DNA of 64,000 nt from positions 512,001 to 576,000 of the forward strand of contig CP000069.1 of the NCBI GenBank assembly GCA_000002445.1, given 5' to 3'. Below are positions 51,441-62,494 of the stretch, one piece after another. Under the pieces are notes generated by a model. The model did not search any database and was not told the DNA's origin. It was given only the letters and a program-made list of their open reading frames with translations. The DNA is from Trypanosoma brucei. Lineage: Eukaryota. The position numbers were made by a program, and so were the translations under genes. Within the stretch, counting starts at the first letter, position 1. The number at the start of each line of letters is the position of its first letter.

Positions 51441-54400
51441 TTAGCAACCTCGCGCCACCGGCACAGTAACAGAAGCAGCAGTGTTCCCACTCCCCCCATC
51501 CCGTGATACGTCAAGGAACGGTGGTGGCGTTGGGGTGTGGACGGGTTCAAGAAGTGGTGAACTAAAAGAGTCCCGCCCTTCAGGAACGTACCAGCTGGTT
51601 TCCACACCGGTTGCCAGTAACTTATCCAACACCGTGTCAAACTTTCCCTCTTCCTTCAATTGCTGATATTTGCGATAGAGGCGAAGAGACGTTCGGGCAT
51701 CCTCTACAGAGTCGTGTTCACCTTCTTGCACACGCTCACCCAGTACATGATAGGCCAGGAAACGCAACGACAAATATCTGCCCCCAGGTCTGTGAAAGAG
51801 CGTGAGCGTATCAATCATCTGATTCGGAGGAACCGCAATATTACAAACACGGAAGTCCTGATGTAGACCATGACCAACAAATGTCACTGAACGGTCCACC
51901 AAAGCCCGCAGTTTAAGATAAGTTGCCTTGAGGCTTGTAAGACACTTGGATGACTCCAGTGGGTCAAGATCGCCTGGGTGGATGCCACTGTACTGAGTTC
52001 ACGTAGTCCAAAATTGCTTCCGGAGTGTGAACGTAGTCATCCACAATCGTTCGTTCGTCGCCTGGAGCACTGCTCAGTACGCAGCTCAGTCGTGCGAGTG
52101 CCATGTGTCGCTGTTGTGCCAAGTTACCGGGTGAATCCGTAACACATTGACGCTTGTTCCAATCAAGTACCACATACTCCGCATCAAGAGCAACAAGGTC
52201 CTCTGGCTTGATGTCGAGATGGGATCTCAGTGGCGACTTGAAACGCTGTATCGAAGGATTACGTTGCAGGGGCCTTGCCAGAACATCATTTATTAGTAGT
52301 GGACCCAACGTCTCAAACATATTTGGTGGTCGCTCACCATCCTCTGCGCTGTACAGTGGTGTGGACAATTTGTCAAGGGCATAAAACGAAACAACCGCAC
52401 GGTGCGAACGTAGGGCAGGCATGGATACCTCCAACTTTTGTTCATCATCTGACTTTGTTACGAGATAGTCGTTGACAAGGCTGAAACGATCATCCTCAAC
52501 GCGCTGGTGGCTAACGAAGTTCCCCGGGTCATCTGCGTCATTGGAAAGGTGGATGATATTGCTGCAAAGTAAATAATTGGAGTCATCTTTTGCATCACGC
52601 GAGATGCGGAGACACCTGGGTGGTTTTAGTGTTCCTCCCTCAGGGTTCAGTCGCAGTACGATGATGGGTGGAAGGCGCTTTATTTGTACGTTACTGTTGT
52701 GCCCCTCCAGTTGCTTCAATAAGTGCTGCAGTCCCTCATTGACCTTGATAGCAGACGCCGGAACATCCCAATAGAACCGAGGTTCCACATGAACTTTACC
52801 ACCAGATGAAAACTCCGTACCAAAAAGACTAGCTATCGACTTGTCAAAATCTCCACAAGGTTGCTTATGGTTCATAAATGGATACTCCTTCTCGTCCTGC
52901 AGACCACGATGTAATGCTTCGAGCAACACCAGTTGCGCCATGTGCATCCGCTTCACCGCTTCATCACGGGATTTTATTGGCTCGAAAAGTGGGGCAGCGG
53001 AAGGACACCTGTACATAGTACGGATGAGATTCCCCACTTGTACAATGGGATTAAGACCAGCTACTGAAGTCATCATCATGTTAGAAAACACGAATGCAAT
53101 TTCACAGGCGATGCAATACTCCTTCGCACAAATATGATGCACGACCACCCTACGGACAGGGAATTCCTTCGGGTGACACAGGTACAGAGACTGAAGCAAT
53201 GTTGTAATCCAGCACTCAGGAAAACTATTATCGAGCCCAACAACAACCTTCGGAATCCTATTGTACTTTTCCCACTCGAATCGCTGATGTGACCCATAAC
53301 ACACGAGGTTAGCGGCATCTTGCGGCACGTAGTTGTCGGCAACCCCTCCGCGAAAGGTGCTCTGCCGCCGCTTCTTCTCCTTGTTCAGTTCCAATAGCAA
53401 GTGCTGCACCGCTGCAGGATCGTTCCCCAACATTAAATTATACGGATATGGATTCGGAAGGAGTGGTGCGAGTTTGTCTCTTGGGTCAGGGAGATATGAA
53501 TCAGAGCGCCGGAGGCCCCATCGATTGGGCTCATAAGTCCACGACTCCCCGTTGACACAACACGTCGAAGGAGCCACTTGTAAGATCATGTAGTTTTCCG
53601 GTGGCCAGTTGGAGGCGAGTTCCTCAACAGGTACAGACTCGTCGAAGAACGCAAACGTGTCACCTTCCTTATCTTCCCAGCGCGCTGTAAAGACGGGGTT
53701 AACAGGGCGCTTCGGTTGTACGAATCGAGACATGACGTAGTCCTCACGTGTTGCTGGATGGCCAAGAGCCATGAAGTGACCCTTATCGTTCCCTATTGCA
53801 GCGCACATTGCGTTGGGCGATACGCTCACCGAGGTGCAGGCGTCGTCAAACAATCCACTTGAGCTGTAGACGGGTGTTGTTTGATCCATCTGGACAATGT
53901 GAAACCCGCGTGAAGTCAACACGAAAGCACGGTCGGGCAACACACCAAAAGGGTCACGATAACGACGAACTTGCGAAATACTGTCTGACGGTATACCATT
54001 AATGGTGTTGAGCGGTTCAGCCATCTTCCGTACATCATACACACGAACGCTACTCGTCATATTCCGCTCCACCACGGCAGCAATGACCGTTTCGTCGTCT
54101 GCGTCCATGGCGAGCACACGGTTGCGAGACGACGGTATGGAAGCAACCACCTGAAGTTCGTTTGCATCTCGTACCACGATGCCGCCTGACGTGGCGCCTG
54201 TAATAACCCACTTGCTTGTCTGTCTCAACGACACCACCTTGCCTTCCATGAGGGGAACGGTTACGTGATTACACGCGGTTCCGTCGCTGATGGACATTCG
54301 CGTTAGTCCAACATCACCAACGATACTCACCACACCTGTATCGCCGTTTGCCTGAAAAAGTTCAATATGGTCCTGTGACTGTGGTGGAAGAGGGCAATAC

Positions 54401-54696
54401 ATGCACTGCGCACCGCCTCGTTTGTAACCCCGAATAACATCATGGTCTGCCACCATTCCTACCGTCTCATTGCCCATCCTTAGGAAAAAGATCCCAAAGA
54501 TAGGCCTTGTGGATGCGGCAAATGAGGAATACACCGCCCACGAAAGAGTATCCGTTTGACTCTGCGTGGTGAAACTCATCAAGCGACCAAAACTGTCCCC
54601 GACCCATAAAAGTTCCACATCGGGGTCGAACTCAATCGCATTGACAATACCAACAAATGCTTGAACGCTACCTCGAACCTTCCACGGAACGCTCAT
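51441..54696 (-). CDS. PAN2: PAN2 poly(A)-specific ribonuclease catalytic subunit (WD40 region, then a UCH-like region, then a DEDDh exonuclease). In this sequence the reading frame is interrupted by an apparent +1 frameshift near 51993.
   Basis: The 910-aa ORF 51964..54696 carries exonuclease motif I (LVALDAEYVVLD) and motif II (DDYVHTPEAILDYVNS) and then hits a stop. The next frame (ORF 51441..51902, which is open upstream to about 51990) continues with YSGIHPGDLD...FVGHGLHQDFRV...EGEHDSVEDARTSLRLYRKY. That aligns colinearly with my recollection of human PAN2 (YSGIKPGDLD...FVGHGLQKDFRV...HDSIEDARTALQLYRKY). The junction is DYVNS|g|YSGI, that is, one extra base on the coding strand. Confidence 0.75.
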
Positions 54697-55710
54697 TTAT
54701 ACGCTGCCAATACCCAGTGCAGCACCAGAGGCCGCAGTGATTGGGAGCGAAGCGAAAAAGAAAAAAAACAACGGTGGCGGGAAGAGGGAAATCCCCCGCC
54801 GCACGCGTCCGCCACGTGTCTCAGCTGACCGCTTCCCAACAACAACAAAAAATATATAGATTTTTTTACCTGCTACCCTTTCAACCGCCACGCGGGCTGC
54901 CCAAAGCAAAAGAAGATACAAGATCAAAATGAAGAAAATAGTAATATCTCTGAAGTTTCGGGTTGGTTCAATCCTTTTCCTTTGTTCCCTACTACTTATC
55001 CTCACCGACAGGTGATGTCGGCAACCCCTACCGCGCGTTTCTTCAAACCCCTATTTCCTCCAATTTACGGTCACTACTGGTGGAAAATAGACAAGGAAGG
55101 AAGAAAAAAAAAACAGCGATTGCCACCCCGTAGAAGGTAACGCAAGCAAACAATAAGGTCATATCCAACAGAGATAACTCATAACCACTTTTGTGTTTAT
55201 TATTATATTTTGTTTGGGATGGAGGTAAAAAAAAAATGGGAAAAGAACTGCACCGACCGCAACAGCCACAGTACGTCCCTTTCCCTTGTCCAACAACAAC
55301 AACAGCACCATAAATCGAACAGAGGCCTTTAACATGTGATTGTCCTTCGGCATATAATTGTGTAATTAATCCAGGAGGAAGCCACAATGGTGAAGAGGTT
55401 GTAAATATCCCGGTCACTAGAGCGCAACAGCTGTCGCAGGTGTTGATTGCGTTTGTTCATCCCACCACCGCACCCTTCCCCTTTAATGCACCTCCTCCAC
55501 ACGTAAATAACGGCTCGTTAAACAGTGTGTAATATGATGGAAATATAAATATTCCACATTACCGTACACTTTGTAACCGTGATGACCACCGCTATCTCAG
55601 GAGAGGAAAAAATAAAAACAACAACAACCGTAAATATATATATATATATGACCTGCATCCATTATTCAACGAACAAAACGGCAGTTGCGTTTCCTCCCCA
55701 AAGAGTACGT

Positions 55711-57384
55711 TTACGACGTCACCTCACTTACCTCCGTAGTTTTCTTTCTTTTTTTGACCTTACGAGGGCCTTGTGGTGATGCCGTTGCCTCCACCTCAGA
55801 AGGCACTGCTGCACTCGTTGAGGCCGCGACATGAGATGCCGAAGTCGGGGCTTCAAATGGTTGGGCGGGAGCGCGGGGGTCCTTTTTGTGGTGCTTTACC
55901 GCATGACGGTGCAGGTCCTCGTGACTAAGAAAAAAGCGCTCACATGTCGAGCACTTTACATGCGTCAGTAGTCCAATATCCGATAGTCGGATTGTCTTGT
56001 GTTGAAGACTCAGGTGCTCTTCGAGCGAATAAATATCGGCGAAGACACGCTTACATGCAGGACATGGATGAGTTTGTGAAGATAAGCCGTGCTTATTTTG
56101 CATGTGCCCGTGCAGCCCCTTTGCTGAAGAGAAACCCTTTTCGCAATCGTGGCACCACCAACAATTATTTGCCGTCACCCGCCCAACCACATTTTGTGCT
56201 TCTCCTTGTTCCGCATGCTTGCTATTAAAGTGTCCATCCAATGCAGCAGCGGAAGCGAAAGCCTTCTGGCAAACCGTGCAAACGAATGATGAGACCGTCT
56301 TCTGCTCGCGGATGAGGCGTTCAACATGAAATGCGGCGTCTTCGTTGGGGTGTTTAAAGCGAATGTGCGAAAACAAAGCAGACGGCATTTTGTAAACTTT
56401 CGATGATGACACGCATAAATCACAAATCACGTGCACACGCTGGTCTCCACCCGTAGTTGCTTCCTTTGCGGAAAATTGCGCCACATCAGCGATGGCGGCG
56501 GAGTCAACACCTGCGGGCCCCTCTGCAGTCCCATCGGGGTGTCGTGTTTCAAGGTGCTGCAAAAGATCAATTTCACTGTTGAACGTGCGGTTACACAACT
56601 CACACGGAAACTCTGTGTCGCTGAACTGCGCTGTTGCTTTCAGTGGTCTATCAACACCCCGAGGAAGGGAGATGCCGAGAATTCGGGGGACTGCATTAAT
56701 CGGTTCACTCTTCTCAGCCACAGCTACGACACCATTCAGGCGCCGCGTCGGTTGCGGTCCCCCATCCCCATTGCTTTTTTCCACAACTACTCCACGTGGC
56801 GGCAAGGGGACGTGCGGCTCCACCTCCTCTAAATCAATATCGGTATGCACGTCGGCAACATGTTTAAGAAATTTATCTCGCGTTGCGTACACATCACTGC
56901 GGCGATCACACCAATTACACATGTAACCTGTCGGCAACACAGTTGGCAAAAAATCCAGGACGCGGCGCCCAGATGACGTTAGTTCGGATTTCTTCAGAGG
57001 AACGCCAATTACCCGCTCGTACAAGGCAAGTCGTTCTGTGCACATTTTGCGGCAATGCGTTTGGTCAAGCTCACGGTGGGCCGTTATAAGGTGTGTGAGC
57101 ATATCGCACATATGAACGACGCGGCTACAGGCTGGACAAGAGGCGTATGCTATGTCCTCATGTGTATGAGAACGCGGCGCTGCAAGTTGCACAGATGGGA
57201 TGCGCAGTGGATGATGGCAACGCCGCACGGGTTGCAATAACTGATGGAGCTGCGGCGCCATTGAAGCCACCAACCAGCGCCGCATCTGCTCTGCTGGCAC
57301 TATAAACCTAACAAAGTTTTTTATGAAGTTTTTTTTTGTTGTATGAGTCCCGTCACATGCAGATATGAGCGCGTGTGTACACAT
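55711..57384 (-). CDS. C2H2 zinc-finger protein with at least five fingers.
   Basis: Repeated C-x2-C...H-x3-5-H units are present (FVCTVCQKAFASAAALDGHFNSKH; WWCHDCEKGFSSAKGLHGHMQNKH; HPCPACKRVFADIYSLEEHLSLQH; VKCSTCERFFLSHEDLHRHAVKHH; FPCELCNRTFNSEIDLLQHLETRH). The true start may be an internal ATG (MRRWLVASMAPQ). Confidence 0.6.
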   Translation of the reverse strand: MCTHALISACDGTHTTKKNFIKNFVRFIVPAEQMRRWLVASMAPQLHQLLQPVRRCHHPLRIPSVQLAAPRSHTHEDIAYASCPACSRVVHMCDMLTHLITAHRELDQTHCRKMCTERLALYERVIGVPLKKSELTSSGRRVLDFLPTVLPTGYMCNWCDRRSDVYATRDKFLKHVADVHTDIDLEEVEPHVPLPPRGVVVEKSNGDGGPQPTRRLNGVVAVAEKSEPINAVPRILGISLPRGVDRPLKATAQFSDTEFPCELCNRTFNSEIDLLQHLETRHPDGTAEGPAGVDSAAIADVAQFSAKEATTGGDQRVHVICDLCVSSSKVYKMPSALFSHIRFKHPNEDAAFHVERLIREQKTVSSFVCTVCQKAFASAAALDGHFNSKHAEQGEAQNVVGRVTANNCWWCHDCEKGFSSAKGLHGHMQNKHGLSSQTHPCPACKRVFADIYSLEEHLSLQHKTIRLSDIGLLTHVKCSTCERFFLSHEDLHRHAVKHHKKDPRAPAQPFEAPTSASHVAASTSAAVPSEVEATASPQGPRKVKKRKKTTEVSEVTS

Positions 57385-58112
57385 GACATGTGGGATGAAC
57401 AGTTAGGAAGCCCATTATTTTTTTTTATTTTCAAAAAGGAGGTGAGTAGCGGGGTAGACTTAAACACTCAAGAGTTCCAGCGGACTATAAAAATGCCGAT
57501 GGCAATAGCGATAATTATTGTGATAATAGCAGTCAACCTATGCACCCGATTGATAGTCGCAAGATAATCACAAACCACCGTGTGTAACATATGGTTCAGG
57601 AGTTTATTGAAAGTGGCAAAAAGTTATAACCTCTTCCATGCGCAAAATTCCCCTTGAGTTCACCACTCTCCGGTTGGCCGCTGTCGCGGTGATAGAAACG
57701 GAAAAGGAATTTCTTTTTTTTTCTTCAAAAAAGGAAGAAAATACAACAACACAGGAGAGAGACCTCCGCTGTCACGGCAGCTGTAATGCTACAGACAGCA
57801 CATCCTCCAAAAAAGAAAAAAAGTCGATACAACTATTAACACTCATAGAAATAATCGTTTACAACGAACGAACACAACAAAAGAAGACGAATTAAAAAAA
57901 CCTCTATGACGAAGCTGAATGATTTGACAACCATTTCCTAAAATGATCGGTCATTCACAAAATCTCCATGGATACCACCGTCATCATATTTTCACTTGAC
58001 ACAGCAGAGAGGGAAAAAAGCAAAAGAGAAAGAAAGAAAAAGCAGGTCCCAGCAACAGTAAAGAAAGACTAAAACGTAAACAACTACAGTCAAAACCGAC
58101 CAGCACAAACAC

Positions 58113-59096
58113 TCATGGTTCAGTTGGCCACTCCATTACTAATGAATCCACTGGGGTATGGGGTCCACCACGATACACAGACACTATCGGATGCAGTTTC
58201 TGCTTTGAAAGTCCTTCGATTCGCTTTTGAAGACTTTCCCAACGCGATTGGGAATCAACAAAGAACCCTAAAAAAAATGAAGTGTCCACTTGACCATATG
58301 GAACAGACCGTAAGTTACTCGATGTTGGCTTCACAACCCCCGTTTCGCCTGGCTCACTCGACAACAAAGCATCTTGTGTCTTGCAGTGAGGATCCAAATA
58401 AAGCAATAATTCCTGTGCTCCAGTACCGATGATATAATACCCACGGTTAGGGACACCGCCCACCATTCCAACACTCTCCGGTGCAAGCAACAGATGCTCC
58501 AGTGAAAGAAACATTTTTTGACTCATGTAACGGCTTGCACCACAACGTAAGGGCGCGAGTATAAGAACGTTTCGCGACTCCTTCAGATGGCAACTTACCT
58601 CTTCTGCAGGAACAGCACCAGCCACTGTAATGACAACACTAAGTGGACTCGAAAGAATTCCCCTTTCCGTTGCTCTTTTAACGCAACCACTAATAGCCTC
58701 ACATCCCTGACTTGGTGCCCAGTAGACGGGTCGGAGCGACTCACCTTGCTTCAGTATGTGGCGCACCATGCAGTGTAATGAAAAAGGTGCTACTTGTTCA
58801 TCATCCAAATCGGCGAAGTATTGTAACTTACAGTCTTGTGCGCTGTGTCTCCGCAGACTGCAAGCCAAAAGCATTTGCGTAGCGCGTGCCAGGCAACCCC
58901 ATCCCTTGTCTGACGTAAGCGTAGAATAAGGAAGAGGATCGAAATACCTGCGGTAGGTGAAGAGGTAAAAGGAATTCTCAAGGTGCTCGTCCAACTGCTG
59001 AGGCTCCCTTTGGATCGTGCCAAGAACACAACACGGATACTCAATGTGTGCATCACAACCGACAACGGAGTGTACGAAATTTTTCAGACGCTCCAT
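58113..59096 (-). CDS. ATG4: ATG4 autophagy cysteine peptidase (family C54).
   Basis: The catalytic cysteine context is present (YSTLTSDKGWGCLARATQMLLACSL, consensus GWGCMLRxGQM). The gene is about 327 aa. Position next to PAN2 matches my memory of ATG4.2 on T. brucei chromosome 6. Confidence 0.7.
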   Translation of the reverse strand: MERLKNFVHSVVGCDAHIEYPCCVLGTIQREPQQLDEHLENSFYLFTYRRYFDPLPYSTLTSDKGWGCLARATQMLLACSLRRHSAQDCKLQYFADLDDEQVAPFSLHCMVRHILKQGESLRPVYWAPSQGCEAISGCVKRATERGILSSPLSVVITVAGAVPAEEVSCHLKESRNVLILAPLRCGASRYMSQKMFLSLEHLLLAPESVGMVGGVPNRGYYIIGTGAQELLLYLDPHCKTQDALLSSEPGETGVVKPTSSNLRSVPYGQVDTSFFLGFFVDSQSRWESLQKRIEGLSKQKLHPIVSVYRGGPHTPVDSLVMEWPTEP

Positions 59097-59608
59097 ACGA
59101 ATCTACGATATATATATATATATATATATATTTGTATATCTATGTATATTATATGTGCTTAGCGACACACTGCTTTGTTTCTTCGCTTCCTTATGGTGTT
59201 GTTTTCACTCTTCACTTTCCAACAATTAATGGTTATTAATGACGTCAGGTTGCGAAGTTGCGTCGCAGCCTCGCACAGCTCAGCAACGGAGTCTGGTGGC
59301 CGTCAGATGAACTCGTTTCGCCACTGCTATTCCCTTTTCCTATTGAAAAGGCGCTGTTCAGCGGGTGTAACCGCAATTCCCACCATAGAGAAGTAATAAC
59401 AAACAACAATTAAAAGGGAGAGGGAAGAAATGCAGTGAAAGCCAACAAACATTTAAAAGATAAAAGAAAAGAGGAGAAGCAATAAACCACGGGTAATTCG
59501 TTCGCGCGCACGTCAGCGACAACACGATAAGGGCCCCCAACCTCGTACCCACACACAGAAAGAACGGAAAGCACAGATTTCGTTCACATGTAGCCGTACC
59601 CAAATCGA

Positions 59609-60181
59609 CTAACTGTTTGGGTCGAACAAAAACTCCATTTGATGACTGTGCCGTGGAAAAAAGTGTCCCGTTAGGCGAGATCCCGTACGGTGCGTGTTAA
59701 CGTATGATGTGTGCCAACGACGCGTGGGAACCCGCACGTCCCTCCCGAGGGCGCATGGGATGCACCATGCTTTGCCATCTTTTGAGTAGAACTTGTTGTG
59801 TCCGAGCCTGTATTTACATCGGTTGCACTTGAAACAACCGAAGTGAAAAAAGTACCCCTGCGGCGTAGGCACTGTTGCGTTACCAGCAGGTATCCACACG
59901 TAGCTATTGACATCTCCCGCGTCAATGGGTTTGTCACAGTTAAAACAGATTGCATCAGGTGGCACAACCATGGGGCGGTCCACATCTTCATTATAAGCGG
60001 GAAAGTGCGGCCGTGACTTACATTCATCATGAGGCATTGCTGTGAGGTGCCGCGCCTTCGACTGCGTCCACCAGCGGCGGCTGTGTTGCGTGCGAACTTT
60101 ATGGGATTGCGTAGGTTTCCCATGCATTGCTCGGCACTGAACCAACGTTACAACAACACATGGGATACGTGACCGCAACAT
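59609..60181 (-). CDS. Small protein with a LIM-like double zinc-binding module and an N-terminal presequence-like region.
   Basis: The pattern is CFNCDKPI...(27)...HFGCFKCNRC...(17)...CIPC, giving CxxC...HxxCxxCxxC...CxxC spacing. The N-terminus is MLRSRIPCVVVTLVQCRAM. Confidence 0.4.
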   Translation of the reverse strand: MLRSRIPCVVVTLVQCRAMHGKPTQSHKVRTQHSRRWWTQSKARHLTAMPHDECKSRPHFPAYNEDVDRPMVVPPDAICFNCDKPIDAGDVNSYVWIPAGNATVPTPQGYFFHFGCFKCNRCKYRLGHNKFYSKDGKAWCIPCALGRDVRVPTRRWHTSYVNTHRTGSRLTGHFFPRHSHQMEFLFDPNS

Positions 60182-61566
60182 ATATTGTTACTCGGCAGGT
60201 ATGGGAAGAAAAACAAAAAGATTGAAAAAGGAAGGATGGAGGCGAATGGAACTCCACCTTTCCTTTTCCTTCCCTTGCTATTACTTCTTTTTGTTGATGT
60301 TGTCCGAAGCCCTACTGACTGTACCAAGCACACTGTGCTTGTAGCACATATATGAGAGGAAAAGAAAAAAAAGTAGTTGATGAATGCAAGCTATCAATAC
60401 ATATACACATTAACACCAAAACAATTTGTGTCTTTTTCTTTTTTTGTTAATTTCTTCCCTTGCTGCCTATTTGCCACGTTCTAATAAATTCTAACGATGC
60501 ATTTCTGAGTTTTGCAGGAGAAAAACAATTGCTCATCCATTCAATCCTCTTCCCCTGTCGATACGGTTCCTCAAGTTGTCGGAAGCCGGAAAAAAAAAAT
60601 AAAAACAAATGCAGCAGGAAGTGTGTACTCAAATCTATGTGAAAGACTCCACGCATTGAATGGGAATCCGCATGAGGACCACATCATGAACCGGGAACTT
60701 GTGGTAACGAAGCACCACCAATAATAATAAAAAGGATAGCGAAACCGAAAAAATAGGCATCATGATTCCTTTTCTTTCTTCTTCACACTAACACGACCAA
60801 ACAAACACATTAGCTGTACTTAACAGGAACAGCATTTCATCAGTATTATCCACACGGCGACGGGCAACAAACACCAGTAATGGCGCCAAGAAAGGCGTGA
60901 TGAAAGCATCCGCTTGCCTCGGCAAACATAAACTGCGATCCGAAATAGTCACGAAAGAAAGAAAAAAACAAACAGAAGAGGAAACTCAGCCATACGTGTT
61001 AGGTACGGCTCTTTATTTTTCCCCCTTTCTCCCATCTCCTTACCTTTTCCCTTAAAAAAAAAAAAAACAATAAATTAAGGTTTCTGCCCCTGCATTTTAC
61101 CTTCAAAAAAAAACAATAAAAAGAATGGACAATATTAAAATAGATATGTGACAGAGCAACTCTTTCCTTATATTACATTTTCCCCGTATCAACGGACCGC
61201 ACCGGCACCGCATCCCCGGGACGTCTAACCTTAACTGTGAATTCATTATCAATCCCACATCCCTTTTACTCTCAAAGCATCAAAACAGCTGCTACAGTCG
61301 CTATATTTTGAGCACCCGACATGCATGAAAGATGTCTCTCAGCATCCGACGGCTTCATCTCATCTTGTCTCCAAACGCCCGCCATGTGTATTTGCGCACA
61401 CGGGGTGTTGGTAATCTATGGGAGCCTTCATGATTTAACATCGATGAGCATTAGGGCAAATCCACTCGTTACGCTCCCCTTTCCTGTATTCCCTCTTACA
61501 ACTATTCATTTATTCCTTCATTCTGTACTGTGCCATCTGTCCGTGTATACGTCTATATATGGATGG

Positions 61567-61896
61567 TTAAACCTTAAGAAATTCCTGCGAGAGCAAAGGG
61601 CGATCCTCCGGGTAAATGCTACCATAAATATCTGGACCCAACTCCTCTACCAGTTCTATTATCTCAACATCATAAGGTGAATCCACATCATCCCAATAGC
61701 GATGCGTTAAGCGATCGGCATCGACATCCTGTATGTCAAAATGGGTGCTAGTGCCGCTGTTACTGTTCTTTCTGTCATTCCCACCGTTGCTCGTACTAAA
61801 ATCCTGAGAACGGAAACCAATAGCGCCAAGAGGAACAGCAAATACTGAATTCCCTACTGCCCGCAGTGGCCTAAACGCAGCTAGCCGTCGTAACAT
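61567..61896 (-). CDS. Small hypothetical protein (109 aa) with a presequence-like N-terminus and an acidic C-terminal half.
   Basis: ATG at 61894-61896. The N-terminus is MLRRLAAFRPLRAVGNSVFAVPLG, followed by YWDDVDSPYDVEIIELVEELGPDIYGSIYPED. Intergenic position on the coding strand. No domain recognised. Confidence 0.25.
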   Translation of the reverse strand: MLRRLAAFRPLRAVGNSVFAVPLGAIGFRSQDFSTSNGGNDRKNSNSGTSTHFDIQDVDADRLTHRYWDDVDSPYDVEIIELVEELGPDIYGSIYPEDRPLLSQEFLKV

Positions 61897-62494
61897 CCAA
61901 CACTAATAGTCCCCCCACCTCACACACACACACACACACACAAACAAATAAACAAATATTTATTTATGTATGCAGGTAGAGAAAGGGAGCTGAAGCACGG
62001 CGGGAGAACGCCCGGAACTGCGAAGGCAACGGCAAATGATGGAAACAAAATACCGACAACAGGGAGTATAGAGAGTCCTCACTCCAAACCTTTACGTCAC
62101 TATGTAGTTTATTTTGCTATGGTGGAAGTACTCGTTAGATGAGCGACTGCGAGGGAACGGGGGAAAGCTATTAAGCTTTCTCTTGGTGCAAGTGTTCTGG
62201 ATGGCAAAAACCGAAGCAAAACGCTACAACTACGAATAAACAAGGAAAACAAAAAACAGTCAAAAAGGAAGAAACATCGCCTTTCGATGACACAGGTGTA
62301 CAAATGCATAACCGCAGGGAGAGACGTTTCTATGAAACAGCTTGTGATGTATAGTGTAGTTTGCATGATCAAAGAACCGTAAGAAGGGGGACAAAGAGTC
62401 TATACATGAGTAAACAACGAATGAACAAGGGGTGAATGGGCCTTTCCATTCAACTTCAGGTTCAACATTTCGTAAAGTGCCGAATCATACCGTA

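Noticed and set aside
32746-54696. Apparent functional clustering of nucleic-acid enzymes (PNKP, DIM1, two S1/P1 nucleases, PAN2).
   Set aside because: Kinetoplastid polycistronic units are not operons, so adjacency carries no functional implication. I do not propose a system from co-location.
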